From an uncultured Candidatus Saccharibacteria bacterium (GTDB lineage Bacteria; Patescibacteriota; Saccharimonadia; Saccharimonadales; EFPC-124): a stretch of DNA of 64,000 nt. This document shows, piece after piece, positions 52,386 to 61,130 of the stretch; position 1 is the first letter of the stretch, and every line of letters begins with the position of its first letter. The notes under the pieces were generated by a model. That model was not told the origin of the DNA, did not search any database, and saw only the letters and a program-made list of their open reading frames with translations. The DNA lies in the NCBI GenBank assembly GCA_964405095.1, contig CAYOML010000004.1, positions 5,080 to 69,079 on the forward strand, read 5' to 3'. The position numbers and the translations under genes were made by a program.

Positions 52386-52795
52386 GCGTGTCTCCTGGCG
52401 ATATGGTGCTTTATCAGTTCTGCTTGGCGATCAACAAACTCTTGGCGCAGAACATGGAAATCTTCTTGGAACATATCTAGCTCTTCGTCAGTCAGTTCCT
52501 CAAGACCCATTAGGTCGTTGCGGGCGCTTTGCTGTGATTTGATTAGTCCGTCGAGCTTCAGTTGCATAGCGCGGTTATGCCGGTTCTGAGTGTTCTGAAT
52601 TAGGAAAACTATTAAGAACGTTATGATCGTACAAATTGTATCAATAGTCAGTAGGGTCTGTTCGGTATAGTTGTTGGGAAAATTGGTAGCCGCCCAGGTT
52701 AATATAAAAACAACGGCAATAATAAATAACCAGGACGAGCCTACGAACTTGGAGGCTCTGAAGGCAAAGCGGCGGAAGATTTCGTTAGTTGGCAT
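52376..52795 (-). CDS. low-affinity iron permease family (PF04120-like) membrane protein
   Basis: Two TM helices, then FLIQNTQNRHNRAMQLKLDGLI. The ATG at 52795 is preferred because the longer ORF reads into repeat copy D. Confidence 0.65.
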   Translation of the reverse strand: MPTNEIFRRFAFRASKFVGSSWLFIIAVVFILTWAATNFPNNYTEQTLLTIDTICTIITFLIVFLIQNTQNRHNRAMQLKLDGLIKSQQSARNDLMGLEELTDEELDMFQEDFHVLRQEFVDRQAELIKHHIARRHAKK

Positions 52796-52840
52796 AACCT
52801 TGGTTTTATTATAACGGTTATGTCTGGGGATGAATAGTGA

Positions 52841-52991
52841 GCAATCAAATCTCAAAACCCCATAAACAAGGGGTGGCGCCTGGCGGGGCTGCCCCAAAGT
52901 TTCTTTATGGTATTTTCCATAAAGAAATCTTTAGGGGCGGACCAGGCGGCAGGACCCAGCCATTAGTATTAGGGTTTTGAGATTTGATTGC
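52841..52991 (+). repeat. palindromic intergenic element, copy D (full length, perfect 20-nt terminal inverted repeats)
   Basis: GCAATCAAATCTCAAAACCC ... GGGTTTTGAGATTTGATTGC, with the shared core in between. It lies between divergent gene starts. Confidence 0.9.
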
Positions 52992-53092
52992 CTAAGGCGT
53001 CTGACCGTTGACCTAGCCTCGCCCCCAACTGTATGATTAAACCTGCTCTTATCTTATAAAACGGTGGGTTCCACAGCCAATCGAGGAGAAAT

Positions 53093-54727
53093 ATGCTACA
53101 TCACCTAAGTCAGCGGCAAAAGATTATTGTAATGCTAGCCGTTATGTCGGGGTTGTTTTTGGCCGCCCTCGACCAAACAATTGTTGGTACTGCTCTACCC
53201 AAGATCCTCAACGAATTCAACGCCCTCAAAGAACTGAGCTGGGTAGTCACCGCTTACCTATTAACCTCGACGATTGCCGTGCCCATTGCTGGTAAACTAT
53301 CGGATCTTTACGGTCGTCGTCGGTTGCTGATGATTGGAATAGTTCTGTTCGGCATCTCGTCGTTGCTTTGTGGGGCCGCCCAAAATATAGAACAGATGAT
53401 TGCCTTTCGCGCCTTGCAAGGTATCGGCGGCGGTATTCTATTTGCCAATGCCTTTGCAATTATTGGTGACTTATTTGATGCCCGCGAACGCGGTAAATGG
53501 CAGGGAATTTTTGGGGCTGTTTTTGGTTTGGCCTCTTTGGTTGGGCCGCTGCTCGGCGGTTATTTAACAGATGGAAATGTGCTCTTTGGCCTGACCACCA
53601 GCTGGCGATGGACCTTTCTGATTAACATTCCGGTGGGTATAGTTTCGTTTGCTCTTATAGCCCGTTTTATGCCGGCCATTGTTACCCATAAAGACAAGGT
53701 TATCGATTACCTTGGCGCAGCATTAATGTCGGTGGCTCTGGCTTGTTTGGTGCTGGCCACATCGCTTGGTGGCACAGATGGCTGGGCCTGGGATTCGGCC
53801 CAGATTATTAGTCTATTTGTTGGCTCGGCGACTGCAACCATGCTGTTTGTGTGGGCCGAGCTACGTGCCAAAGATCCGATCCTGCCGCTACGCTTTTTTA
53901 AGAGTTCAGTTTTTTCGCTTATCAGTATTTTATTCCTACTGTTCGGTATGGGCTTCTTTGGAGCCATAATTTATATCCCAACCTTTGCCCAACAGGTGCT
54001 CAATTTTAGCGCCACTAACTCGGGCATCATTCTCCTACCAATGATTCTAGGTTTAACAGTTGGTAGCATTGTGGTCGGCCAAATTGTTAACCGGACTGGC
54101 AAATACAAGGTGTTTATTGTGGCTGGGTTGCTTATGGCCACAATCGGCGTTTTTACCTTGGGCAGCCTCGATGTTAACAGTAATTATGTTGATCTGGCCT
54201 GGCGTATGGCAATCGCTGGCCTCGGGTTGGGTATGGCCCTGCCGATCTTTACACTAGCTGTTCAGAACGCCCTGCCACAGCAAGATTTGGGTACGGCTAC
54301 AAGTTCAGTTCAGCTATTTCGTAGTATCGGCGGTACAGTAGGCCTAGCGATCATGGGCGGTATACTGAACAATTTGTTAGCCAGCAGATTAACAACAATT
54401 AGCAGCGAACCTTTTGTTAGGATTGCCGAGGTCAGTGGCCATGGCGATAAATTCAGTAAAATTGATATTAATGCTATCCAGGGTATCGTGTCCCCGCAGG
54501 CACAAACGGGCATTATCAGCCAACTGCATTTGCCAGCCCAGGTACAGCCAGGGGCAGTTGATGCGCTGCATCACTTGGTTACCACCCTGCAAACTGCGCT
54601 AGCCAGTTCGATCACTCATGTATTCTTGATTTCAGCGTTTGTAATGGGCGTGGCTTTTGTCATCAGTTTCTGGGTCAAAGAACTCCCCCTGCGCAAGCAC
54701 GGCGAAGTACCGCCGGCCAAAAACTAG
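53093..54727 (+). CDS. MFS transporter, 14-TMS DHA2 (EmrB/QacA-like) drug:H+ antiporter family
   Basis: 544 aa. LDQTIVGTALP opening, GKLSDLYGRRR motif A, about 14 hydrophobic segments. Confidence 0.8.
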   Translation: MLHHLSQRQKIIVMLAVMSGLFLAALDQTIVGTALPKILNEFNALKELSWVVTAYLLTSTIAVPIAGKLSDLYGRRRLLMIGIVLFGISSLLCGAAQNIEQMIAFRALQGIGGGILFANAFAIIGDLFDARERGKWQGIFGAVFGLASLVGPLLGGYLTDGNVLFGLTTSWRWTFLINIPVGIVSFALIARFMPAIVTHKDKVIDYLGAALMSVALACLVLATSLGGTDGWAWDSAQIISLFVGSATATMLFVWAELRAKDPILPLRFFKSSVFSLISILFLLFGMGFFGAIIYIPTFAQQVLNFSATNSGIILLPMILGLTVGSIVVGQIVNRTGKYKVFIVAGLLMATIGVFTLGSLDVNSNYVDLAWRMAIAGLGLGMALPIFTLAVQNALPQQDLGTATSSVQLFRSIGGTVGLAIMGGILNNLLASRLTTISSEPFVRIAEVSGHGDKFSKIDINAIQGIVSPQAQTGIISQLHLPAQVQPGAVDALHHLVTTLQTALASSITHVFLISAFVMGVAFVISFWVKELPLRKHGEVPPAKN

Positions 54728-56019
54728 AACGTGTTTAAGTTGTCACGCAGCCATTCATCCAGCGAGCCCGCGCCGCTGGCACCCATCGCCACGACCATGT
54801 CGCCAGCCCGTAGATGATTGCGAATGGTTCGCATCAACTTGTCATCCAAGTGTGCAGGTTCGGCGATACTGGGATCATCTAGAGCTTGTATTAGTTCCTT
54901 GGGCTCCAACATACGCAAGTTAGGATCTTCGCGCGCCAGATAGGTACGCACCCAGTACAGTTTTTTGGCACCGCTAAAACAATCTTTGTAATCCTGACGG
55001 ATGGCATGCTGGCGTCGATTGGTAAGTGGCTCGTAGATTACCACTACATCCTGTTGGTTGTAGGCGGCGATTTCCAGCGCAGCATTCATACCGCCCCGAA
55101 TTTTTTCGGGCGTGTGGGCGTAGTTTGTGTAAAGACTGGGCGCCAGCTGTTCCATGCGCTGTTTGAGTCCGGGGAAGCTGTTGATATGGGCAATCAGCTC
55201 ATCGATAGGCGTATCGGTCAGCTCATGGACGGCTCGTACTGCCTGCCAAGCATCCTGGCGATTTTCCAGGCCGGCCAGTGTAACGCGAGCGATGTGTGGA
55301 TCGTCTGCCTCAAGCACCGAAACGTGGTCGCTTGGTTGCAGTGCCAACTGGTCACCGTCCTCACGCCACAAGATCGTCCACTTGCTTTGACCAATAAAGT
55401 CGGCGAAGGCCTGGTTATAATCGCCGCGGGTCGGAAAGACTTCGTGGTGGTCCCAGCCAATACCCGTAATCAGGCTGAGATATGGGTGAAATGCCAGGAA
55501 GTTGCGGTCGAATTCATCGCATTCATACACGAAATATTCGGTGTCTGGCAGGTATTGGCCCATTGGGCCGAACGGAATTTTGGCACCAACCGAATAGCTG
55601 ATAGTAATGCTCAGCTCTTGAAATAGCCAAATTACCATCGCAGTAGTAGTGCTCTTGCCATGCGTGCCGGCAACACCAATCAACTTGAGGTGGTGTTCTG
55701 TGATTATCAGATTAAGCAGTTCGTCACGCTTGGTATGTTTTATACCCTTGGCCTCGGCAAACGATATTTCGGCGTGATTAGGATTTTCGAGTAGCAAGGC
55801 CGACGAATAAACCAGCCAGTCAATCGGCTTGCGGTCGTGGACAGCTGCGATCTGTTTTCTAGTCTGGCCAATATACAGCTCGATGCCTAGTTGTTGGAGC
55901 TGCTCAGTATAGCTGGAGGCCTGCTTGTCAGAACCAGAAACCTCATGGCCGGCCTGTCTGGCAATCAGAGCCAGCGGCCCAATCGCCGCCCCGCCGATGC
56001 CGCTAAAGAAAATATGCAT
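54724..56019 (-). CDS. murC: Mur ligase, UDP-N-acetylmuramate--L-alanine ligase-like (MurC/Mpl type)
   Basis: HIFFSGIGGAAIGPLA N-terminal Rossmann fold, P-loop GVAGTHGKSTTT. About 431 aa from ATG 56019. Confidence 0.7.
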   Translation of the reverse strand: MHIFFSGIGGAAIGPLALIARQAGHEVSGSDKQASSYTEQLQQLGIELYIGQTRKQIAAVHDRKPIDWLVYSSALLLENPNHAEISFAEAKGIKHTKRDELLNLIITEHHLKLIGVAGTHGKSTTTAMVIWLFQELSITISYSVGAKIPFGPMGQYLPDTEYFVYECDEFDRNFLAFHPYLSLITGIGWDHHEVFPTRGDYNQAFADFIGQSKWTILWREDGDQLALQPSDHVSVLEADDPHIARVTLAGLENRQDAWQAVRAVHELTDTPIDELIAHINSFPGLKQRMEQLAPSLYTNYAHTPEKIRGGMNAALEIAAYNQQDVVVIYEPLTNRRQHAIRQDYKDCFSGAKKLYWVRTYLAREDPNLRMLEPKELIQALDDPSIAEPAHLDDKLMRTIRNHLRAGDMVVAMGASGAGSLDEWLRDNLNTF

Positions 56020-56103
56020 GTTACTAGCATACCTCACGCGTGGCCGGCCTTGCGTGTCCAACCCCGCTCAGCGTACAATCAAGGCATAAATGAGGGGTAG
56101 GTC

Positions 56104-56508
56104 ATGGACGTTCTGACGAATGTAAACTGGTGGGCGGTTTTAGCTGGGATGGTTGTTACAATGGCGGTTGGTTCGGTGTGGTATTCGTCAATGTTGTTTG
56201 GTGGGGTCTGGCAGCAGGAGCTTAAGATCAAGGCCAAAGAAATGGGCGGCGCCGACCCGACGGCCGCTATGATCGGCGCAGCTCTGCTGACGCTGATTCA
56301 GGCCACGATCTTAGCCATTCTGATTAGCGGCGGCGGCGTCATGGAGGGTGTTCGTATGGGCGCGCTTACCAGTATCGGCCTGATCGCAGCCGCAATCGGT
56401 GTGCAGTATTGCTTTGAAGGGCGAAGCCTGCGGCTCTTTTTGGTCAACGCCGGTTACTTGGTGGTTACGGTTGTCAGTATGGGCGCAATTATCGGTGCCT
56501 GGCACTAA
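56104..56508 (+). CDS. DUF1761-like small membrane protein
   Basis: 134 aa, 4 TM helices, WWAVLAGMVVTMAVGSVWYSSMLFG opening. Confidence 0.6.
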   Translation: MDVLTNVNWWAVLAGMVVTMAVGSVWYSSMLFGGVWQQELKIKAKEMGGADPTAAMIGAALLTLIQATILAILISGGGVMEGVRMGALTSIGLIAAAIGVQYCFEGRSLRLFLVNAGYLVVTVVSMGAIIGAWH

Positions 56509-57094
56509 ACTCGTATCAGACCAAATAAACAAACGCGAACTCGACGTCATATTGCGCGAGCTAGATTTGGTGTTAAAAAGTGGCTGTATCGGCGATGTGG
56601 TTGAATTAGGATGCTATGTCGGCACAGCGTCGTTGTTTTTACAACGCCGGCTGAGACAAACATCAACGACTCTACATGTTTACGATTCGTTCCAGGGTTT
56701 ACCCAGCAAGTCACCGCAAGACCACAGCCCGGCCGGCGAACAGTTTAAAGCTGGCGAGCTGGTGGCAACCAAAGCTCAGTTAATTAAGAATTTCCGCCAG
56801 GCCGGTCTGCCACTGCCCGTCATACATAAAGGTTGGTTCGAAGATTTTACACCAGATGACGTTCCAAACCAGATCTGTTTTGCCTTCCTGGATGGTGATT
56901 TTTACCGCTCGATTCTAACCAGCCTGCATTTAGTCTGGCCACGTCTGCAACCCGGGGCCGTGGTTATTGTCGATGACTACCAAACTGAGTCGTTGCCGGG
57001 CGTACGGCGAGCACTTGAAGAGTGGTCTCAGGACCACCACTTTAGTTTACGCATCGAAGCCAGTCTGGCCATTATAAAACCTAAGCCAAAGTAA
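56399..57094 (+). CDS. TylF/MycF-like class I SAM-dependent methyltransferase (start codon uncertain)
   Basis: GDVVELGCYVGTASLFL (SAM motif I) and FLDGDFYRS (TylF-family metal/Asp motif). There is no in-frame ATG anywhere. Candidate starts are GTG 56399 (110-nt overlap with the upstream gene), TTG 56552/56567 and GTG 56570. Confidence 0.6.
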   Translation: MCSIALKGEACGSFWSTPVTWWLRLSVWAQLSVPGTKLVSDQINKRELDVILRELDLVLKSGCIGDVVELGCYVGTASLFLQRRLRQTSTTLHVYDSFQGLPSKSPQDHSPAGEQFKAGELVATKAQLIKNFRQAGLPLPVIHKGWFEDFTPDDVPNQICFAFLDGDFYRSILTSLHLVWPRLQPGAVVIVDDYQTESLPGVRRALEEWSQDHHFSLRIEASLAIIKPKPK

Positions 57095-58439
57095 GCCAGG
57101 TATCTTTTATTGGCAAAGTCAGAACAAACGTTGTGCCTATGCCCTCCGTCGAATGGAATGTGATATGCCCGTGGTGCTGGCTCATAATCACCCGGGTCAG
57201 ATACAGACCAAGGCCAGTGCCACCGACGCCCGTCGCCTTGGCGTTGCTAGCGCGGTAGAAACCGGCAAAGACACGGTGTTGCTCGAGTTTGGGGATACCG
57301 ATACCGTGGTCGGTCACTGATATGTGGTGGCCTTTGGGTGTTAGCAAATAATGCAAAATAACATCAGTGTTACTGCGGGTATATTTAATGGCGTTGGAAA
57401 CTACATTATGCAGCGCCCGGCGCATACGTACCGGGTCACAATTAACGTTTAGATCGGCAGGAACAGAATCATCGACTACCAATTTGACGCCTTTCTGTTC
57501 GGCCACCAAGCGCTGGGCATCGCAGATTTCGGTCATCAAAGCTCTAAGGTTTGTCGGTTCCTTGGTAAGCTTGTCGCCGCGCTGGGTTAAGGTTGTAAAT
57601 TGCAAGATGTCGTCGGTACCAGCTTGCAGGTGAATTATGCTGTCGTAAACTGCCCGCATAGTTTCTTCGCTGTCGCTGCCCTTGTGGCGCTTGAGAAAAC
57701 TCTCGAGTGCCCAACGAACACCAACCAACGGAGATCTCAGCTCGTGCGAGGCAATCGACACTAACTCGCTGCGCAACTGCAACAAACGCTGGTCTTGACG
57801 GCGCGTCCATTCATAAGCTAGAACGATAATCGCCAGCACCAGACCACCACCCAATGGAAGGGCGACAGCACCGAGTAGGTTTTGACTAAAGTTAATGGCA
57901 TCAATATCGATCCCCACAACCGCAACAACCCGGCCGGTTTGCCTGTCGATGATGGGCGCCAAGCCCGATACCCAATTACCATATGAATCCGACAGCGGCC
58001 CCTCAACAACGGGGAACGGTGCACTAAAGAAGATGTTTTTAAAGACGCTGCTGGCTTCGGGATAGGCTTCGCCTGGGGGTGAATAATAGGTGGTGTCGGG
58101 TTTTTCGGAATCAACGTAGAAGAAGAGCTCGCCATTACGCGCCCCTGTTAAATAAATCGTTCGCGCATCTGTGTTGACCTGGCGGAGTACACTCAGTTTG
58201 GTTTTTAGTTCACGATACTCACTAGAGTTGAGATCGGAACTGTTACCCTTAAGTTTCATGATCGTCGCCGCGTCCAGCGCCGCCGCAATCGTAGCCGTCC
58301 GTTCTTCGAGAGCCGACCGGTTACGATCGTTAGCTATTTGGACACTGTAGTAAGACAGCAGGAAAATGCCAGTGACAATAATTGTAATGAGCAACAGAGC
58401 TGTGCTTGATCCGCGTTCCCTATGGCTCGGCAGATACAC
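57081..58439 (-). CDS. sensor histidine kinase (two TM helices, extracytoplasmic domain, HisKA, HATPase_c)
   Basis: H-box SIASHELRSPLV, N-box VVSNAIKYT, DHGIGIP, GTGLGLYL. Confidence 0.85.
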   Translation of the reverse strand: MYLPSHRERGSSTALLLITIIVTGIFLLSYYSVQIANDRNRSALEERTATIAAALDAATIMKLKGNSSDLNSSEYRELKTKLSVLRQVNTDARTIYLTGARNGELFFYVDSEKPDTTYYSPPGEAYPEASSVFKNIFFSAPFPVVEGPLSDSYGNWVSGLAPIIDRQTGRVVAVVGIDIDAINFSQNLLGAVALPLGGGLVLAIIVLAYEWTRRQDQRLLQLRSELVSIASHELRSPLVGVRWALESFLKRHKGSDSEETMRAVYDSIIHLQAGTDDILQFTTLTQRGDKLTKEPTNLRALMTEICDAQRLVAEQKGVKLVVDDSVPADLNVNCDPVRMRRALHNVVSNAIKYTRSNTDVILHYLLTPKGHHISVTDHGIGIPKLEQHRVFAGFYRASNAKATGVGGTGLGLYLTRVIMSQHHGHITFHSTEGIGTTFVLTLPIKDTWLTLA

Positions 58440-58451
58440 TCGTCAGGTCCT

Positions 58452-58844
58452 TTACTCGCCGCCGATTTTCAAGCGGTTCTGAACAAGTTCGACGACTTTG
58501 TCGACGCTAAAATCAGACTTCATAACATAGTCGGTCACACCGGCTTCCAGCGATTTGTTAAGAGTATCGGCGTTGTACATGTTAGTCATAATTATGACCG
58601 GAACTTTTTTGCCCCAATCGTCTTGGCGCAGCTTAGCAATCATATCGACACCATTGAGGATTGGCATAAGATTATCGGTGAGAATTAGGTCGGGGTGACC
58701 CTGGAGCGCTGTATCCAGCCCTTGTTTACCGTCGCGGGCTTGTAAAACTTTGTAACCGGCGTCGGTCAAGACCTGCGTGATACTGTTCAGCAACAGCGTG
58801 TCATCCTCGGCCACTAAGATTGTTTGTGGTGTGTCGTCTGCCAT
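58452..58844 (-). CDS. stand-alone response-regulator receiver protein
   Basis: 130 aa. EDD...DLILTDNLMP...TN...K. No output domain. Confidence 0.85.
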   Translation of the reverse strand: MADDTPQTILVAEDDTLLLNSITQVLTDAGYKVLQARDGKQGLDTALQGHPDLILTDNLMPILNGVDMIAKLRQDDWGKKVPVIIMTNMYNADTLNKSLEAGVTDYVMKSDFSVDKVVELVQNRLKIGGE

Positions 58845-58921
58845 ACTTCCTCGCTTTTACGTGGGTTAATTTCACTTTAGCACATTCGAGTCTAAACGGG
58901 TCACGATGTGACCAGCTGCAT

Positions 58922-59239
58922 TTACTTATAAATGACAATGCCTATAACTATGCTTACCTCAACAGTTAGATATAAAGAATTGGCAACAATTAGTGGCAGG
59001 ATTTTGTGCTTAAAAGCATATATAAACCACACTGTGCTAGATAGCATGAAAAAACTCCAGGTAATGACCGAGACTTCCCGGGCACTGCGCAGATGATAAA
59101 TGTTATATGCCTGAGGCAATTCCGCCAGAGGTGTAGCAATCATGAAGAAGCGCACGATGTAGTCGATTGCTTCCATCTTGCCCTTTTTAACTTTACGAAT
59201 AAAATGTTTGTGTTGATGATGTACCATGTACGTCTTCAA
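58922..59239 (-). CDS. SemiSWEET-like PQ-loop sugar transporter (3 TM helices)
   Basis: From ATG 59176 (MEAIDYIV...), the sequence F.MIATPLAELPQAYNIY....REVSVITWSFFMLSSTVWFIYAF.....LPLIVANSL aligns by eye with bacterial SemiSWEETs (LPQ ... W..Y ... LP.I.AN). Confidence 0.65.
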   Translation of the reverse strand: MKTYMVHHQHKHFIRKVKKGKMEAIDYIVRFFMIATPLAELPQAYNIYHLRSAREVSVITWSFFMLSSTVWFIYAFKHKILPLIVANSLYLTVEVSIVIGIVIYK

Positions 59240-59279
59240 GCACCATCATATACCTATCTGGCCTCAGAGGTCAAACCGG

Positions 59280-59687
59280 TTATTTAGGTAAGGACATTTT
59301 GGCGCGGACTTCTTTGACTAAGTCGTCGATTTCCCAGTTGGATTTCACCAGGTAATCGAACACACCATTGCTCATGGCGTCGTAGACCTTTTCGGTATCA
59401 CTGAGGTTGGTAAGTAAAATGACTTGGGCTTTCTTACCATCTTCGTGCTCACGCAGTTTATGTAGCATGGTCATGCCATCCATTTTGGGCATAACAATAT
59501 CTAGCAGTATGACGTCTGGTCGCCAGTTAATAGCCTGCTTCAGGCCTTCTTGACCATCGGTTGCCAGCACAACTTCGAAGCCGTCAGCCCGAAACTTATC
59601 AGCCAGCAAGCTACTCAGCGCTTGGTCATCTTCGACAATTAACAACTTACTACTCACCGACGGAGTCTGCGCTTTCTGGTCGTCCAT
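59280..59687 (-). CDS. stand-alone response-regulator receiver protein
   Basis: 135 aa. EDD...DVILLDIVMP...TNLS...K. No output domain. Confidence 0.85.
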   Translation of the reverse strand: MDDQKAQTPSVSSKLLIVEDDQALSSLLADKFRADGFEVVLATDGQEGLKQAINWRPDVILLDIVMPKMDGMTMLHKLREHEDGKKAQVILLTNLSDTEKVYDAMSNGVFDYLVKSNWEIDDLVKEVRAKMSLPK

Positions 59688-59704
59688 AGTGATTTTCTAC
59701 CCCT

Positions 59705-61045
59705 TTAGTTAGGCTTATTAACTTCTACTTTTGAGGGAATTATAACATAGAAAACGGTGCCATGTTTTTCGGTCGATTCGAAGCTGATTTTGCCGCGCGC
59801 GCGTTCCACCATGGCCTTTGTAATATATAGCCCTAGGCCCGAGCCATCGGTCGAGACTGTGGTCGCATTGCTAGCTCGGAACAGTTTGGTAAAAATTTTG
59901 CGTTGGTCAACGTCCGGGATACCCACACCCTGGTCGCGTATCTCGATCACGGCATCAGAAACCTGTTGCTGCATAGAAATACTAATTTCCTTACCTTTAG
60001 GCGAATACTTAATCGCGTTTGATACCAGGTTTTGTAAGATAATATGCATGGCATTAGGGTCGATCAAAGCTGGCAGCAAGTGTTTGTTGGCGCTGGTCGT
60101 TACTGTTAATGACTTGGCCCGGATTTCAACATCCAGATCTTTCAACACATTACGCAGTACGGCCTTAATGTCGACGGCTTCGGGTGTCAGATTCAGCGTG
60201 CCAAGGTCTATGCGCGACACATTCAGCAAGGCATCTACCAGCCGTACCATATGATTATTAGAGTCGTATACCTGCTGCAAGTATTTAGTGCGTTGTTCGG
60301 CGGTCAGTTTCTTATCGTCGATCAGCGTTTTGATATACCAGCGGATGGCAGTTAGTGGTGTGCGTAGTTGGTGCGAGGCTATCGAAATAATCTCGCTTTT
60401 GGCCCGGTCCATGTTGCTTTCATCGGTTATATCACGTATAACCACCGCCGCGCCGGTGACTTTGCCGTCCCGGGTGGTGGGTGTGATTGTCATGCCTACC
60501 CGCCGGTGGTGCAGGCCGATGCTTTTGACAAAATAGGCTGGGCCCATTGTCATACCAAACGCCACACGGCGTTTACGGATGATAGCCGTGCGTATCGGGT
60601 GGTGCTCGATAGCGATGCGCCTGCCGTCGACATCTTCCAGCCCAACGATTTGGGTAGCATCCTGGCTGAGAATCCGCGCTCTCTCGCCGAGCAGCGTGAC
60701 GGCTGGCTCATTCACATAAGTCGTGTGCCAGTTGTTATCTACGGTCAACACACCCTCGCCCAAGCTATTGAGGATGGCCTCAACACGGACTTTTTCGTTG
60801 GCAATTATGTCGTTGGCGGTCTTAAGTTCGCGCACTGAAGTTTCGAACTCGGCCACTTTTTCGCGGACTGTGTCTAACATTGTTTGAATACCAACAAAGA
60901 ACTCAGTAAGTTCATCTGCTGGCTCGGTAACCGTAACCCTGCCCGAAAAATCACCGACTGCCGCCTTAGCAAACACCGGTGCGAGCTCATGGAGGCGTTT
61001 ATTCAGCCACTGTTGATATTGTTCGAGATCGCCTGGCGCCGCCAT
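59705..61045 (-). CDS. cytoplasmic sensor histidine kinase (HAMP-like helix, PAS, HisKA, HATPase_c)
   Basis: No TM helix. H-box SIASHQLRTPLT, N-box LVSNAIKYS, DQGVGIP, GSGLGLYI. Confidence 0.85.
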   Translation of the reverse strand: MAAPGDLEQYQQWLNKRLHELAPVFAKAAVGDFSGRVTVTEPADELTEFFVGIQTMLDTVREKVAEFETSVRELKTANDIIANEKVRVEAILNSLGEGVLTVDNNWHTTYVNEPAVTLLGERARILSQDATQIVGLEDVDGRRIAIEHHPIRTAIIRKRRVAFGMTMGPAYFVKSIGLHHRRVGMTITPTTRDGKVTGAAVVIRDITDESNMDRAKSEIISIASHQLRTPLTAIRWYIKTLIDDKKLTAEQRTKYLQQVYDSNNHMVRLVDALLNVSRIDLGTLNLTPEAVDIKAVLRNVLKDLDVEIRAKSLTVTTSANKHLLPALIDPNAMHIILQNLVSNAIKYSPKGKEISISMQQQVSDAVIEIRDQGVGIPDVDQRKIFTKLFRASNATTVSTDGSGLGLYITKAMVERARGKISFESTEKHGTVFYVIIPSKVEVNKPN

Positions 61046-61130
61046 TATTTATCCTTTAACGATTATCCTTCATAGTGTTTAGTGTAACAAAACGTATAAT
61101 GGTACTAAAAGGTGGGAACATAAAACCGAA

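Noticed and set aside
52796-52897. 34-codon N-terminal extension of the iron-permease-family ORF
   Set aside because: The extension is encoded by repeat copy D. The ATG at 52795 gives the family-typical N-terminus.
34707-52991. The four palindromic elements as a CRISPR array or CRISPR remnants
   Set aside because: The copies are 1-14 kb apart, lie in both orientations, and are separated by genes rather than by uniform spacers. Each is itself a 95-155-nt palindrome. No cas genes are present.
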